Positions 40,162 to 51,700 of a stretch of DNA of 64,000 bases are shown here, piece by piece (within the stretch, counting starts at the first letter, position 1; the number at the start of each line of letters is the position of its first letter). Origin of the DNA: Hemiscyllium ocellatum (taxonomy: Eukaryota). The position numbers were made by a program, and so were the translations under genes. The notes below the pieces were generated by a model. That model saw only the letters and a program-made list of their open reading frames with translations. It was not told the origin of the DNA and ran no database searches. Location: assembly GCF_020745735.1 (NCBI RefSeq), contig NC_083410.1, forward strand, positions 41,824,117 through 41,888,116. The letters are read 5' to 3'.

Positions 40162-40423
40162 AAAAAGTTCTAACTTGCTGCCTTTGTAACCTCGAGTGAC
40201 CAAAATGTTTGAAATGTTCTTTGGTTTAATTCTAATTACTTCTTCAAATAAGTTGCAGTCTGGAAGATTAATACGGGAGTACTTTTCACTTTGCAGTGCA
40301 AGTGCTGATCTGGAGAGCTGCTGTTTGCCTGTTTTGTGGTTGTGCAGAGTTCAGTTGAGTTCACACTAGTACACTTTGGGTCAGCTGAAACTAAACTTTG
40401 TTGCAGAAACGTTGACTTCATCA

Positions 40424-40682
40424 AATAAATTTTTTTCTTTGAATTATGTGAACTGATACACATGGTTTTTATGGTTCTCTACAACAATATTTGATCTAAG
40501 TTTTCACGGGCAGCCTTCTGTTGAATTTTGCCCTCATTGATGAAGAATGGGAAATTAGTTCTCTCTAGTTCTGCTAAATCCTTATGTGCAAAGATTGTCA
40601 TTAAGCTTTCATCTTTTGTGGTGTCAAGAAATGTTTCTTTATAAGAAAATGTAATTTCTTTTACATCATTGATTTAAATAAA
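40424..40682 (+). terminator. Candidate BPNT1 polyadenylation signals (AATAAA at 40424 and 40677)
   Basis: Two AATAAA hexamers about 260 and 515 nt after the stop codon, each followed by T/GT-rich sequence; usage unverified. Confidence 0.45.
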
Positions 40683-42021
40683 TCACAATTGATATTTTAC
40701 AATGTGCTGTTTCAGAAAATGATGTTTGGTTTGGCCCAACCAGCGAAAGACCGTTGAAGTATTGTGGCTGGAACTACTAGCACTAGTTAACCAGTTCATT
40801 TTGGACACTTTGCAGTGCCAGCAGTGTTGACAAGGATGATGGTAGAGCCTTCCCTTGAAGCCAATTAAAATAGTTCCGTTCATTAAGTGTTCGTCAGAGG
40901 CTTGGGAGGGTTGAATTTTGAAGGGGATTCATAAGTTTGCAGCAGCTGAAGGGAGGTTGGTACAGAGTAGAAAGCCAATCATGGATGTCCTAAGGTGTCA
41001 CCCTGGTCTCCTAATGTCAGTGGGAGTATGGAGACCCCTTGTTTGCATGTGATGATGGGAGGGATCAGTCAGTGTTCAGGCATTGAACATGTTCCTCAAC
41101 TCCTGGCATCGCAGTGCCAGAAAAGCAGTGGGAAAATGTGTCTTATCACAGTAGCATTGAAAATTTTTGGTGGAAGTCTGAATTTTGCATAATGGAATTC
41201 CACTCTTCAGCTCTTTATCTGACCTTGCCTCGCCTTGGCTGCTGTTGCCTTCTATCAGTAAAAGTTGGAAATAGGAACTGTTGAAAATCCTGGGAAGCCT
41301 CAGCCACTAAAGCAGCCAGAAACAGGCCTTTAGGAGTTGCCACTCATCACACATGGATGATGTGCTCTGTTGCAAGCAACTTGGAGACATAAGGATGTGC
41401 AGACCCGGGGAAAGGACCGCTAGAATTGCAGGTTCAGTGGGGCATGGATGATGGGAGAACAGTCAGTGTCTAGAGTGATGGGTGGGGGGGCGGGGGAGGT
41501 GGTGGTAAATAACAAGGGACAGCTAACCCAAATCTCCATGGGGTTCAGCAGGTCTGGGATGGGGTAGGAATTGGAGGAGACGCTGAGTCTGAACCTGAAG
41601 CCAAAGTCTTTTGTTTTCCTTTTGAGCTCATGGTACTCGTGGCTACAGAGGATGTAAATAAAGTTGCTCAAATTTCCAATATTAGGTGAACTCTGCTCTA
41701 TGAGTTATGGATTTTTGTCAAGTTTAAAATTGTGCACTGGAGGCAAGTGTGAAGGGTGACTTTTGATTTTCAGGAAGAATGAAATTATGACATTCTTCAC
41801 TGCATTTACACAAAATTTCTTCATTCAGTTAGATGCTTCTTTGGAATTAGCTTTAAAATGCAAAATGCTACAGTACAAATCATTTGCAAAAATATAAAAG
41901 CAACACTAGAATCTTACAAACATATTTTCATATAAGATTTATGTGATCTGTAATACACAAACTTTGTCCTACTTTATTGCTGCTTAGTTTTTGCTAGTGT
42001 CTCGTATCACATTAATTGTCT

Positions 42022-42317
42022 AGGGTGGCACCGTGGTTAGTATTGCTGTCTCATAGTGCAAGGAACCTGGGTTTGATTTCCTTTTCAGTGATTAAGCAAA
42101 CTCCATAGAAATATTCTGTCACTGTGGGTTTCCTGCATGGTGGATTGGCCGTACTAAATTGCATAGTGTCCAGGGATATGCAGGCTATGTGGGTTAGCCA
42201 CGGTAAACACTGAAGTGTAGGGATAAGGGTGGATTTTGGTGGGATCCTCTTCGGAGGGTTACTGTGGACTCAGTGGTCGAATGGCATGCTTCCATACTGT
42301 AGGGGTTCTATGATTCT
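42022..42317 (+). mobile_element. V-SINE (degraded)
   Basis: GGTGGCAC..TGGTTAGTATTGCTG head; CTAAATTGC...GATTCT tail. Confidence 0.7.
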
Positions 42318-44455
42318 TTCTTCCTCTGTCACCTATTTTAAAAATCTACATTGCTTCGATAATTATATGATACCTATGCTGCAGTTTGGAAATGAGACAC
42401 CATATTGTAAGTATTTTGTAAATCCATAGACACTCTTTGTCCAAACAGTTCACTTCTTCAACAAACAGTTAAACTTTTCAAACAAGGCTTCTCTGGTAAC
42501 AGGTCTAAGTTGGATGTCAATGACTTACAAAGTCATTGTGCATTAATCTGATAAGCAAATTATGGATTCTAAAAGCAATAAACTGCTTATAAATGTTGGG
42601 TAGTTTTCAAGAACAGAAATATTACTGGATTAAAAATGTTAACTCTTTCTCTGGCCACAGATTCTACCAGACGTGCTGAGTTTCTCCAACAATTTATGTT
42701 TATGTTTCAGTTAATAGTGATTGATAGTTAACTACCATGCATTGTTTAAACTTTAGACCAGGCAGGTTGGCTCTGGTTGATTGCTCTGAAAAATGAACCA
42801 GAGGATGGCTGTCACCCATTCTTTTGGTTTGAAATAAACACAGCATGTGCATATTTCTCTTCTCTCTAAACAACAAGGCTCTGTGCATTAATGAATAATT
42901 GCAGTCTATGAATTTCAGAACTCGTGATGCTAGCTATGTAGGCCATATATTCCAAAGACTGGAGGATGGTACCAAACAGCTTATCTCTTTGGCTGTTTAT
43001 AATGGCAATGTACTGACCGTGACAGTCTGCTTGCTTTTGCAAAATTTACAGTAACATTTGCAAAATATTTCTCCGTTTAAAGAATTAGGCTGACAACCAG
43101 TTTAGGATTGCTGGTCAGACTCAGTGTCGCAATTGTGTTTACTGGAAACTGCATGTATTAATAGCTACATATATTAATGCGTAAATCTGTTTGCTCATCC
43201 ACTGCAACCTTCCTTCACTGGGCTATATACATGATATGTTTCTTACAGTTCCATGCACTATAAAATTGGCCTTATTGGCAATCTTGTAAATAAGGCCTGA
43301 GCCATTTGATAAGCTTACAAGCTTATTGCTACAATAGCCAATCAATAAGAGAATTTCTCACTTTATACTGTACATTTTCATGGGTAAGTCCAAGGCAGCC
43401 ACCTTGAGTCCTAAAAAGTGCTTAGTGGATCTTAGATTACTTTGGAAAGATATATTAAAAACTGGAGCAACTGATAAAACTACCTTTCTCATGTAGTTAC
43501 TAGGCAGTAGCAACACATGTGGGATTTATAATTTTTTTAAAATCATGGACTCCTGCCATGAAGCCAAAAGGACATTTTACCTATCCCATATAAGTACTGT
43601 GATATATGAATTTCAATGCTGGGATGATGCTAGATATCTTGACCTTAAGTCCCAAAGACTGATTGCATCAGACAGCATGAACCTTGAGTTGTACAATCTT
43701 TGATGGGCTTCCATGGTTGAGCATGGTTTGCTAAATAATCCTTAGTGTGCTAACATTTTGCTGACAACCAATTTAAGATTATCAGCTAGGACCACAGTTT
43801 GGTGTGCTTGCACATACTGGAAACTCCATAATTTCATACACTGGACCTTGTTCTTTGCAGACAGAAAGAACATGTATGTACATTGTCTATTTCATTGCAT
43901 AAAATAGATAACTATTTTCTGATTCTCTCAGGAGTCTTGTCCAATAGCATCAATATGCCTGTCTTAAACTTATAGCATGGCAGTTATCTGTCAGTAGTCA
44001 ACATCTACTTGATGCATTTTTCATGATAATGCATCTACCAATCAGAGACCATTTACCAACCATCAGTATTTTCTTCTTATACAGTATAAAATGTTGTTTC
44101 CCATTTAATTTGTTTTGATGAATATAAGATAAAATAGCTCAACAAAATGTCTTTTTTTCAACAGTATTCATATTCTGTACAATTAAATGACTATGGTTTA
44201 TTACATAATCTCAACAGCACATCTGCACTTTGTCAAGAATAATTATTTAGACCTTACAGAGCTCATACAGTTACATTTTCTCCTCTGAAAGCAGGACATA
44301 ACTATCTCCACACACACAATGTGTGAATGATATCTGTTGTACAAGATAGTTAATACCTCAGAAGGTTAACTGACTTCTAAAATGAGACTTACAGATCAGA
44401 TTATGAAGGAAGGTGAAGGCTGCTTGTGCTGTAGTGGTCGTGTCCCTCGGCCAGG

Positions 44456-45392
44456 ATTTTTTTAAATTTCAAAAATATACTTTATTCATAAACTATTTTG
44501 ATGATCTGTACAATTGGTCATGCCATACATCCGCAAACATTCCATTTCTTGTTATACAGAGACAGAGTAATCATTCATATATACAGGTCTGTACCATTAC
44601 ATATTTAGCTGAGGCGTCAGCGGAGCCCAAATGACTGCGTGGGCCGCCTGTTCTTCTTAGGTAGGCAGATGTTACATGGTGGTCTTTTCCCAACGCGCCT
44701 TGGCGGCAGCTACCCCGAGCTTCAACGCGTCCCTCAACACGTAGTCCTGGACCTTGGAATGTGCCAGTCTGCAACACTCAGTCGGGGTCAACTCCTTCAG
44801 CTGGAAGATCAACAGGTTTCAGACCGCCCAGAGAGTGTCCTTCACCGAGTTGATAATCCTCCAGGCACAGTTTATCTTCGTCTCGGTGTGTGTCCCGGGG
44901 AACAGACCATAGAGCACAGAGTCCCACGTCACGGTGCTGTTTGGGACGAACCTCGACAAACACCACTGCATTCCTCTCCAGACTTCTTCTGCTTAGGCAT
45001 ATTCCAGAAGGAGGTGTGTGACAGTCTTGTCCCCCCGCAGCCGCTTCAAGGGCAGCGTGTGGGTGTGGCTGAGAGTCCGGGTGTGCATAAAGGATCTCAC
45101 AGGCAGACCCCTTCTCACCACTAGCCAAGCCATGTCTTGGTGGTTGTTGGAAAGTTCTGGTGATGAGGCATTCTGCCAAATGGCTTTGACAGTCTGCTCA
45201 GGGAACCGCTTGATAGGATCCGCCCTCTCCTTTTCCCGAAGTGTATCAAGGACATTATGTGCTGACCACTTCCTGATGGACTTGTGGTCAAAGGTGGTTT
45301 TCTTCATAAACTTCTCCACGAAGGACAGGTGATACGGAATGGCCCAACTACTCGGAGCCTTCCGCGGCAGTGAGGCCAGGCCCATCCTTCGC
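44456..45392 (-). mobile_element. Tx1/L1-clade LINE 3' fragment
   Basis: ORF2 C-terminus PYHLSFVEKF...IWQNASSPELSN...LAWLVVR.GLP...TVTHLLLE; AATAAA plus A-rich tail on the - strand; inserted in a tRNA-derived SINE. Confidence 0.75.
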
Positions 45393-45951
45393 AATCTCAA
45401 GATGCCAGGTTCAAGTCCCACCTCCTCGAGGGGTGTGTCACAGCAATCCTATACAGGTTTATTGGTGCAATGAACTAATCTATCTACTTACAGTCCTCTT
45501 AACTACAGGTGGAAATCTCATAAATGACCATGGTGGTTGTTATAATGCATAACTAAATTATGTAACAAACATTTTATGTTTTATCAAAACTGAGCCTCTG
45601 TTCTACTGAAGATCTTGTGTGGGCATCCTTCTTTACTTGGGAACTCATTGACTTCCCAACCAATAAGAAAGATTTGTTGCTGTTGCTGGTATTCTCGAAA
45701 AAAAGGTGGAAAAAAAAGGATTTGTGGCAATGAAAGCTAGATGTCTCAGGTGGTTCTGGTGGTCACCAGAATATAACATGCGGAGAACAAGATGAAGCTC
45801 ATCAACACGAAGAGAATGGTCAATTAATATTAACCCCTTTACACCACGACACAACACCCTCTCTGATCCTGATCTGAAGTGTTTGACTGGTGTATACAAA
45901 GGTAAAAAATCAACCAACACCAGGTTGTAGTCCAACAGGTTTATTTGGAAG

Positions 45952-45986
45952 CACTAGCTATCGGAGCGCTGCTCCTTCATCAGGTG
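45952..45986 (-). ncRNA. Minimal type I hammerhead ribozyme relic (one core substitution)
   Basis: CAC-CUGAUGA-A-GGAGC-AGC-GCUCC-GAUA-G-CUA-GUG: stems I and II pair perfectly; GAAA is changed to GAUA. Confidence 0.7.
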
Positions 45987-46189
45987 ATCCCTGGTCCTGC
46001 GTGTGTGTCCGCTTTGAGGTTAAATCAATACGTGGCAGATATGCAGAATATTGTAGCCGTTTGTTATATCTCTGTGTGAAAATAAACCCAGGTGTCGGCA
46101 TAGCCGTCCCTTGTAATAACAACGTTTCGAAACAGTGATTGAATCAACCCAAACCGATCCCTTTTAAAATGAAACTTCAGTCCTTGAAG

Positions 46190-46390
46190 GGAACCGTCAC
46201 TGTCTGAGAGTGGCTCGGAGCGGAGGGAAGACTGGGGCGTGACGCCGGAAGTGGCGTATTCACGTTGGGGGCGGTTTTGGCCGTGACACCCGGAAGTAGT
46301 CACTTCACCGTGTGAGCGGGTCTGCGGGAAGCGGCTGGTGATCAGTGACAGTAGCTGTCAGTGAGGTGGCGGTTACTAACGTTACAGCAG
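46190..46390 (+). promoter_or_regulatory. EPRS1 CpG-island promoter with two ETS/GABP sites and a GC box
   Basis: CCGGAAGT at 46245 and 46290, GGGGCGG near 46268, high CpG density, no TATA box. Confidence 0.8.
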
Positions 46391-46433
46391 ATGGCTGTGA
46401 ATCTGACGGTGAACCTCTCCAGCCCTTGCTTAG
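46391..46433 (+). CDS. EPRS1: EPRS1 coding exon 1 (bifunctional glutamyl-prolyl tRNA synthetase)
   Basis: MAVNLTVNLSSPCLG resembles the EPRS1 N-terminus (human MATLSLTVNSGDPPLG); donor TAG|GTGAGT; CpG island; synteny with BPNT1. Confidence 0.88.
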
Positions 46434-46519
46434 GTGAGTATCGGCCGGAGCGGACTGGACTGGACTGGGCCGGGCCGGTGGAGGGGCATGAAGCCGCCTG
46501 GCCCAGTGCCGCACACGGT

Positions 46520-46528
46520 ATTGCATCA
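46520..46528 (-). promoter_or_regulatory. C/EBP-ATF response element (CARE/AARE, ATF4 site) in EPRS1 intron 1
   Basis: ATTGCATCA, i.e. TGATGCAAT on the - strand, 87 nt into intron 1. Confidence 0.65.
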
Positions 46529-47664
46529 TGTGTGGGACAGCCTGGTCCTGGAGCCGGCGATTAACAGCATGTCCTTGGAGGATGGGGTGGGTTGGAGGGG
46601 ATCTGTGCTTCAATGTGTAGAATCATACGAACTTTAAAATCTGCACTGTCAGTTATTGACAATCTGTGATCATGTGCTAACATTTTTTTTAAACAGTTAA
46701 ATGTGTGTCTGTAAGACGAGGATTGGTTTCACTTCCAAACTCTTCAGTATTTTCGTTTCTTTCCCCCCCATCATTGACAAATCTTGCACTTTTTTGTATT
46801 GTAGCTCCCGTTTAACTATGTACAATATTATTAGATTTATTGAAGAAATTGTCTATATATGTAAAGTCGGTATTGTTAATATGACAGTTATTTAATTAAC
46901 GTGGCACTTCCGATTATATTCTGCATTGGGTTTTTTTTGTTTGCTTTTAATAACTTTTTAAAAATCTCTATTCTGATCAAAAAGATTTGGTTATACTGAA
47001 ATTTGAAGTATGTATGTTTAAATTTTCTTCCTCTTCAATAAAATTATTTCAAGTTTGACAACGTATGAGTTTGCATATGTGCTTTCTGGAGGTGCGGCGA
47101 ATAAATGACATGGTGTTATTTACGTTCTGGGGATGTCGAAGCCATGTTTTAAGCTATGCAGACTATTTTTTTTAATTGTTCAATGAATGGGTGTGGTTTT
47201 GATTTTTTTAAGAAAGCTTGTTGCACTCTTTAAACCTGTTCTAGAATGGTGTTGGCAGGGATTTTTTAAATTATTATTCACACATACGGTGTGGCAGTCC
47301 CTGGCAAGGCTAGCTCATCCGTAACTGCCTTTGAGAAAGTGGTGATGAGCTGTCATCTTGCACCACTGTCATCCATGAAACGAAGGTGCCATTAAATTGG
47401 ACATTCCAGGGTATTAACCCAGTGATAGTGGGGAACCTGTGATTTACTTAGAATTAGGATGGTGTGTGGGCTGGATGGGAACATACAGGTGGTGATTTTT
47501 TTTTTCTCTGCTGCCCTTGTCTTTTCTAGATGGGAGAGATTGTGATTTGCAAGTAGCTATTAAAGGAGGAGCCTTGGTGAGTTGCTGCAGTACAGTTGGT
47601 ACACGCTGCTGCCACTGTGCTGGTAATAATGTTAGTGAATGTTAAGTTAGATGAAGTGCTAGTC

Positions 47665-50600
47665 ATAGAACATAGAAGGATACAGCGCAGTACAGGCCCT
47701 TCGGCCCTCGATGTTGCGCCGACCGAATCCTACCTAACCTATACTAGCCCAATAACTTCCAAATGCCTATCCAATGCCCGCTTAAATGACCATAAAGAAG
47801 AAGAGTTCACCACTGATACGGGCAGGGCATTCCATGAACTCACAACCCGCTGTGTGCAGAATCTACCCCTAACATCTGTCCTATACCTACCACCCCTTAA
47901 TTTAAAGCTATGTCCCCTAGTAACACCTGACTCCATTAGCGATAAAAGGTTCTTAGTATCTACCCTATCTAAACCCCTAATCATCTTATACACTTCTATC
48001 AGATCTCCCCTAAACCTTCTCTTCTCCAATGAGAACAGCCCCAAGTGCCTCAGCCTTTCCTCATAAGATTTTCCTACCATTCCAGGCAACATCCTGGTAA
48101 ACCTCCTCTGCACTCGTTCTAAAGCTTCCACATCCTTCCTATAGTATGGCGACCAAAACTGCACACAATACTCCAGATGAGGCCTCACCAGAGTCTTATA
48201 CAACTGCAACATGACCTCAGGACTCCGGAACTCAATTCCTCTGCCAATAAAGCCCAGTACACCATATGCCTTCCTCACAGCACTATTTACCTGGGTGGCA
48301 ACTTTCAGAGATCTGTGTACATGGACACCAAGATCCCTCTGCTCATCCACACTACCAAGTAGCCTACCATTAACCCAGTAATCCATCATCTTGTTATTCC
48401 TACCAAAGTGAACGACTTCGCACTTAGCTACATTGAATTCCATTTGCCACATTTCCGCCCAGCTCTGCAACTTATCTATATCCCGCTGTAACCTACCACT
48501 TCCTTCCTCACTATCCACAACTCCACCGACTTTTGTGTCATCCGCAAACTTGCTTACCCAGCTTTCAAGTCCTTCCTCTAGATCATTTATAAAGATAACA
48601 AAAAGCAATGGTCCCAAAACAGATCCTTGTGGTACACCGCTAGTAACTGCGCTCCAAGATGAACATAATCCATCAACTACTACCCTCTGTCTCCTTCCAG
48701 CCAGCCAATTCCTAATCCAAACCTCTAATGTATCCTCAATGCCATACCTCCGAAGTTTTAGCATTAGCCTACCATGGGGAACCTTATCGAACGCCTTACT
48801 AAAATCCATATACACAACATCTACTGCTTTACCCTCGTCCACTTCCTTAGTCACCTTCTCAAAGAACTTAATAAGGTTTGTGAGGCACGACCTGCCCTTC
48901 ACAAAACCATGCTGGCTATCCCTGATCACGTTATTCCTACCCAGATGTTCATAAATCTTATCCCTTACCATTCTCTCTAAGACTTTGCCCACCACTGAAG
49001 TCAGACTCACTGGCCTATAGTTACTAGGGCTATCCCTACTCCCTTTCTTGAACAATGGGACCACATTCGCTATCCTCCAGTCCTCTGGTACTATTCCCGT
49101 TGACAATGATGACATAAAAATCCAGGCCAATGGCTCTGCTATCTCCTCCCTAGCTTCCCATAGGATCCTGGGGTAAATGCCATCAGGCCCAGGAGACTTA
49201 TCTATATTCATCCTTTCCAATATTCCCAAAACCTCTTCCCTGCATATTTCCAGGGCATCCATTCTAATTATTTGTGATTCCATATTCACATCAGCAACAG
49301 TGTCCTGTTCCTGAGTGAATACTGATGAAAAGTACTGATTTAATGTCTCTCCAATCTCCTCCGCCTCCACACACAACTTCCCACTACTATCCTTGACTGG
49401 ACTGATACCTACCCTAGTCATCCTTTTATTCTTGACATACCTATAGAAAGCCTTTGGGTTTTCCCTAATCCTACCAGCTAAAGACTTTTCATGTCCCCTT
49501 CTCGCTTCTCTTAGCTCCCTCTTTAGCTCCTTCCTGGCTACCTTATAACTCTCAATCGCCCCTACTGAACCTTCACGCCTCATGTTTACATATGCCGCCT
49601 TCTTCCCTTTCACAAGGGACTCCAATTCCTTACTAAACCACGGCTGCCTCACAAGGCCCTTTACACCATGCCTGACTGGTACATACCTATCGAGGACACG
49701 CAGTAGTTGCTCCTTGAACAATCCCCACATCTCATTAGTGTTCTTCTCTTGAAGCCTGTTTTTCCAATCCACACATCCTAAGTCATGCCTCACTGCATCA
49801 TAATTTCCCTGCCCCCAGCTATAACTCTTGCCCTGCGGCGCACGATTATCCCTCTCCATCACTAAAGTAAAAGTCACCGAGTTGTGGTCACTGTCCCCGA
49901 AGTGCTCACCTACCTCCAAGTCTAACACCTGGCCTGGTTCATTACCTAGAACCAAATCCAATATAGCCTCCCCTCTTGTTGGCCTGTCGACATATTGTGT
50001 CAGGAAACCCTCCTGCACACATTGTACAAACACCGACCCATCTAATGAACTCGAGCTATAGCTCTCCCAGTCAATATCTGGGAAGTTAAAGTCCCCCATA
50101 ACAACCACCCTGCTACCTTCACTCTTTTCCTGAATCATCCTCGCAATATTATCCTCTACTTCTCTAGGACTATTAGGAGGCCTGTAGAAAACACCTAACA
50201 GGGTGACCTCACCTTTCCTATTTCTAACCTCAGCCCAAACTACCTCAGATGGCAAGTCCTCTTCCATCGTCCATTCCACTGCTGTGATACTATCTTTGAC
50301 AAGTAATGCCACGCCTCCCCCTTTTTTACCCCCATGTCTGATCCTACTAAAACATTTGAACCCTGGAACGTGCAACAGCCATTCTTGTCCCTGTTCTACC
50401 CACGTCTCTGTAATGGCCACAACATCAAAGTCCCAGGTACCAACCCACGCTGCAAGTTCACCTACCTTATTCCTTATACTTCTGGCATTGAAGTATACAC
50501 ACTTCAATCCACCCATCTGGTTACAGGCACCCTCCTTAGAGATTGCTGCATTATTCCTAACCTCCCTACACTCAAGGTCCTGTACCCTAAAGCTACAGTC

Positions 50601-50738
50601 CTGGTTCCCATGCCCCCGCGGAGTTAGTTTAAACCCTCCCAAAGAGCACTAGCAAACCTCCCCCCAAGGATACTGGTGCCCCTCAGGTTCAGGTGTAGCC
50701 CATCCTTTTTATAGAGGTCCCACCTTCCCCAGAAAGCT
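47665..50738 (-). mobile_element. Young 5'-truncated CR1 LINE in EPRS1 intron 1 (antisense)
   Basis: Uninterrupted ORF2; 3' tail of (TTCTATG)n units (catagaacatagaa at 47665); C-terminal end of an SGNH-esterase ORF1 (DGLHLN...EGLN*, stop at 50624-50626). Confidence 0.95.
47739..50642 (-). CDS. CR1 ORF2 (APE endonuclease plus reverse transcriptase)
   Basis: 967 codons with motifs YFNARS, ITETW, MGDFN, SDH, GPDG, NYRPVSL, DFSKAFD, GVPQGSVLGP, FADD. Confidence 0.95.
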   Translation of the reverse strand: MGGFKLTPRGHGNQDCSFRVQDLECREVRNNAAISKEGACNQMGGLKCVYFNARSIRNKVGELAAWVGTWDFDVVAITETWVEQGQEWLLHVPGFKCFSRIRHGGKKGGGVALLVKDSITAVEWTMEEDLPSEVVWAEVRNRKGEVTLLGVFYRPPNSPREVEDNIARMIQEKSEGSRVVVMGDFNFPDIDWESYSSSSLDGSVFVQCVQEGFLTQYVDRPTRGEAILDLVLGNEPGQVLDLEVGEHFGDSDHNSVTFTLVMERDNRAPQGKSYSWGQGNYDAVRHDLGCVDWKNRLQEKNTNEMWGLFKEQLLRVLDRYVPVRHGVKGLVRQPWFSKELESLVKGKKAAYVNMRREGSVGAIESYKVARKELKRELREARRGHEKSLAGRIRENPKAFYRYVKNKRMTRVGISPVKDSSGKLCVEAEEIGETLNQYFSSVFTQEQDTVADVNMESQIIRMDALEICREEVLGILERMNIDKSPGPDGIYPRILWEAREEIAEPLAWIFMSSLSTGIVPEDWRIANVVPLFKKGSRDSPSNYRPVSLTSVVGKVLERMVRDKIYEHLGRNNVIRDSQHGFVKGRSCLTNLIKFFEKVTKEVDEGKAVDVVYMDFSKAFDKVPHGRLMLKLRRYGIEDTLEVWIRNWLAGRRQRVVVDGLCSSWSAVTSGVPQGSVLGPLLFVIFINDLEEGLESWVSKFADDTKVGGVVDSEEGSGRLQRDIDKLQSWAEMWQMEFNVAKCEVVHFGRNNKMMDYWVNGRLLGSVDEQRDLGVHVHRSLKVATQVNSAVRKAYGVLGFIGRGIEFRSPEVMLQLYKTLVRPHLEYCVQFWSPYYRKDVEALERVQRRFTRMLPGMVGKSYEERLRHLGLFSLEKRRFRGDLIEVYKMIRGLDRVDTKNLLSLMESGVTRGHSFKLRGGRYRTDVRGRFCTQRVVSSWNALPVSVVNSSSLWSFKRALDRHLEVIGLV

Positions 50739-51380
50739 CAACTGAGCTGTTTCCATTTTGAATTGTTGGGACTGAACATATCCAGACAAGTAGGGATTAT
50801 TTCATCACATTCCTCTATTTTGTCTTTTAATGGACAAACCTTGCAGGGGATGGGGTTGCTGGTGGAGGAGGAGCATTGATCCAATTGAGTTTCTGGTCAG
50901 TGGTAGAGGATTCGATCATGATAATATGAATTATTAAGGGGTGATGAGATTCTCTTATTGATGACAGTTGTTGCCTGACATTTGCGTGGCACAACTGTTA
51001 ATTGCCACTTATTCCAAATCCAAATTCTTGCTAAGTGTTGTCATTTGCAGACATGGACTGCATATGTTCTGTGGTGTTGCAAATGAAACCCTATCCAAAT
51101 ATCAACAAGCATCCCCACTTTTCTACATGATTGATGGAAGATTATGAACTCCTGTACTGATGTTATGGTGCTGAACTGATTGGCTTAACAATTACCTTCC
51201 TTGGTGCTAGTTTTGACTTCAGTCAGTGGTGTTCAACTTGGAAGACTACTGATTCTTCATTTGAGAGAAGACGATGGATAGTAGTCAACAGATGATTTCC
51301 TCCTCAATGCTTGACCCGTTTTGGGACTTGTTCAGGTTTGGAGTCAATGTCGAGGGCTCAGTGGGTCACTGCTACCTGAT

Positions 51381-51700
51381 GGGCAGCATGGTGGCTCAGT
51401 GGTTAGCACTGCTGCCTCACAGCACTGAGGACACAAGTTTAATTCCAGCCTCGGGTGACTGTTTGTATGGAGTTTGGATATTTTTCCTGTCTGTGTGGGT
51501 TTCCACTGGGAGCGTCAGTTTCCTTCCACAGTCCAAAGATGTGTAAGTTAGCTGGATTAGCTATGCTAAATTGCCCATAGTGTCCAGAGGTATTTAGGCT
51601 GGATGGATTTGCCATGGGAAATGCAGGGTTATAGGGATTGGGCAGGGAGGTGGATCTGGGTGGGATGCTCTTCAGAGGGTCGGTGTAGGGATTCTGTGAT
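51381..51700 (+). mobile_element. V-SINE (HE1-like)
   Basis: GGGCAGCATGGTGGCTCAGTGGTTAGCACTGCTGCCTCACAG head. Confidence 0.85.

Noticed and set aside
43662-43670. Second ATTGCATCA motif
   Set aside because: It lies in AT-rich intergenic DNA 2.6 kb from the promoter with no supporting context; likely chance.
47596-50652. + strand ORFs of 150-170 aa
   Set aside because: Antisense shadows of CR1 ORF2 with no independent motifs.
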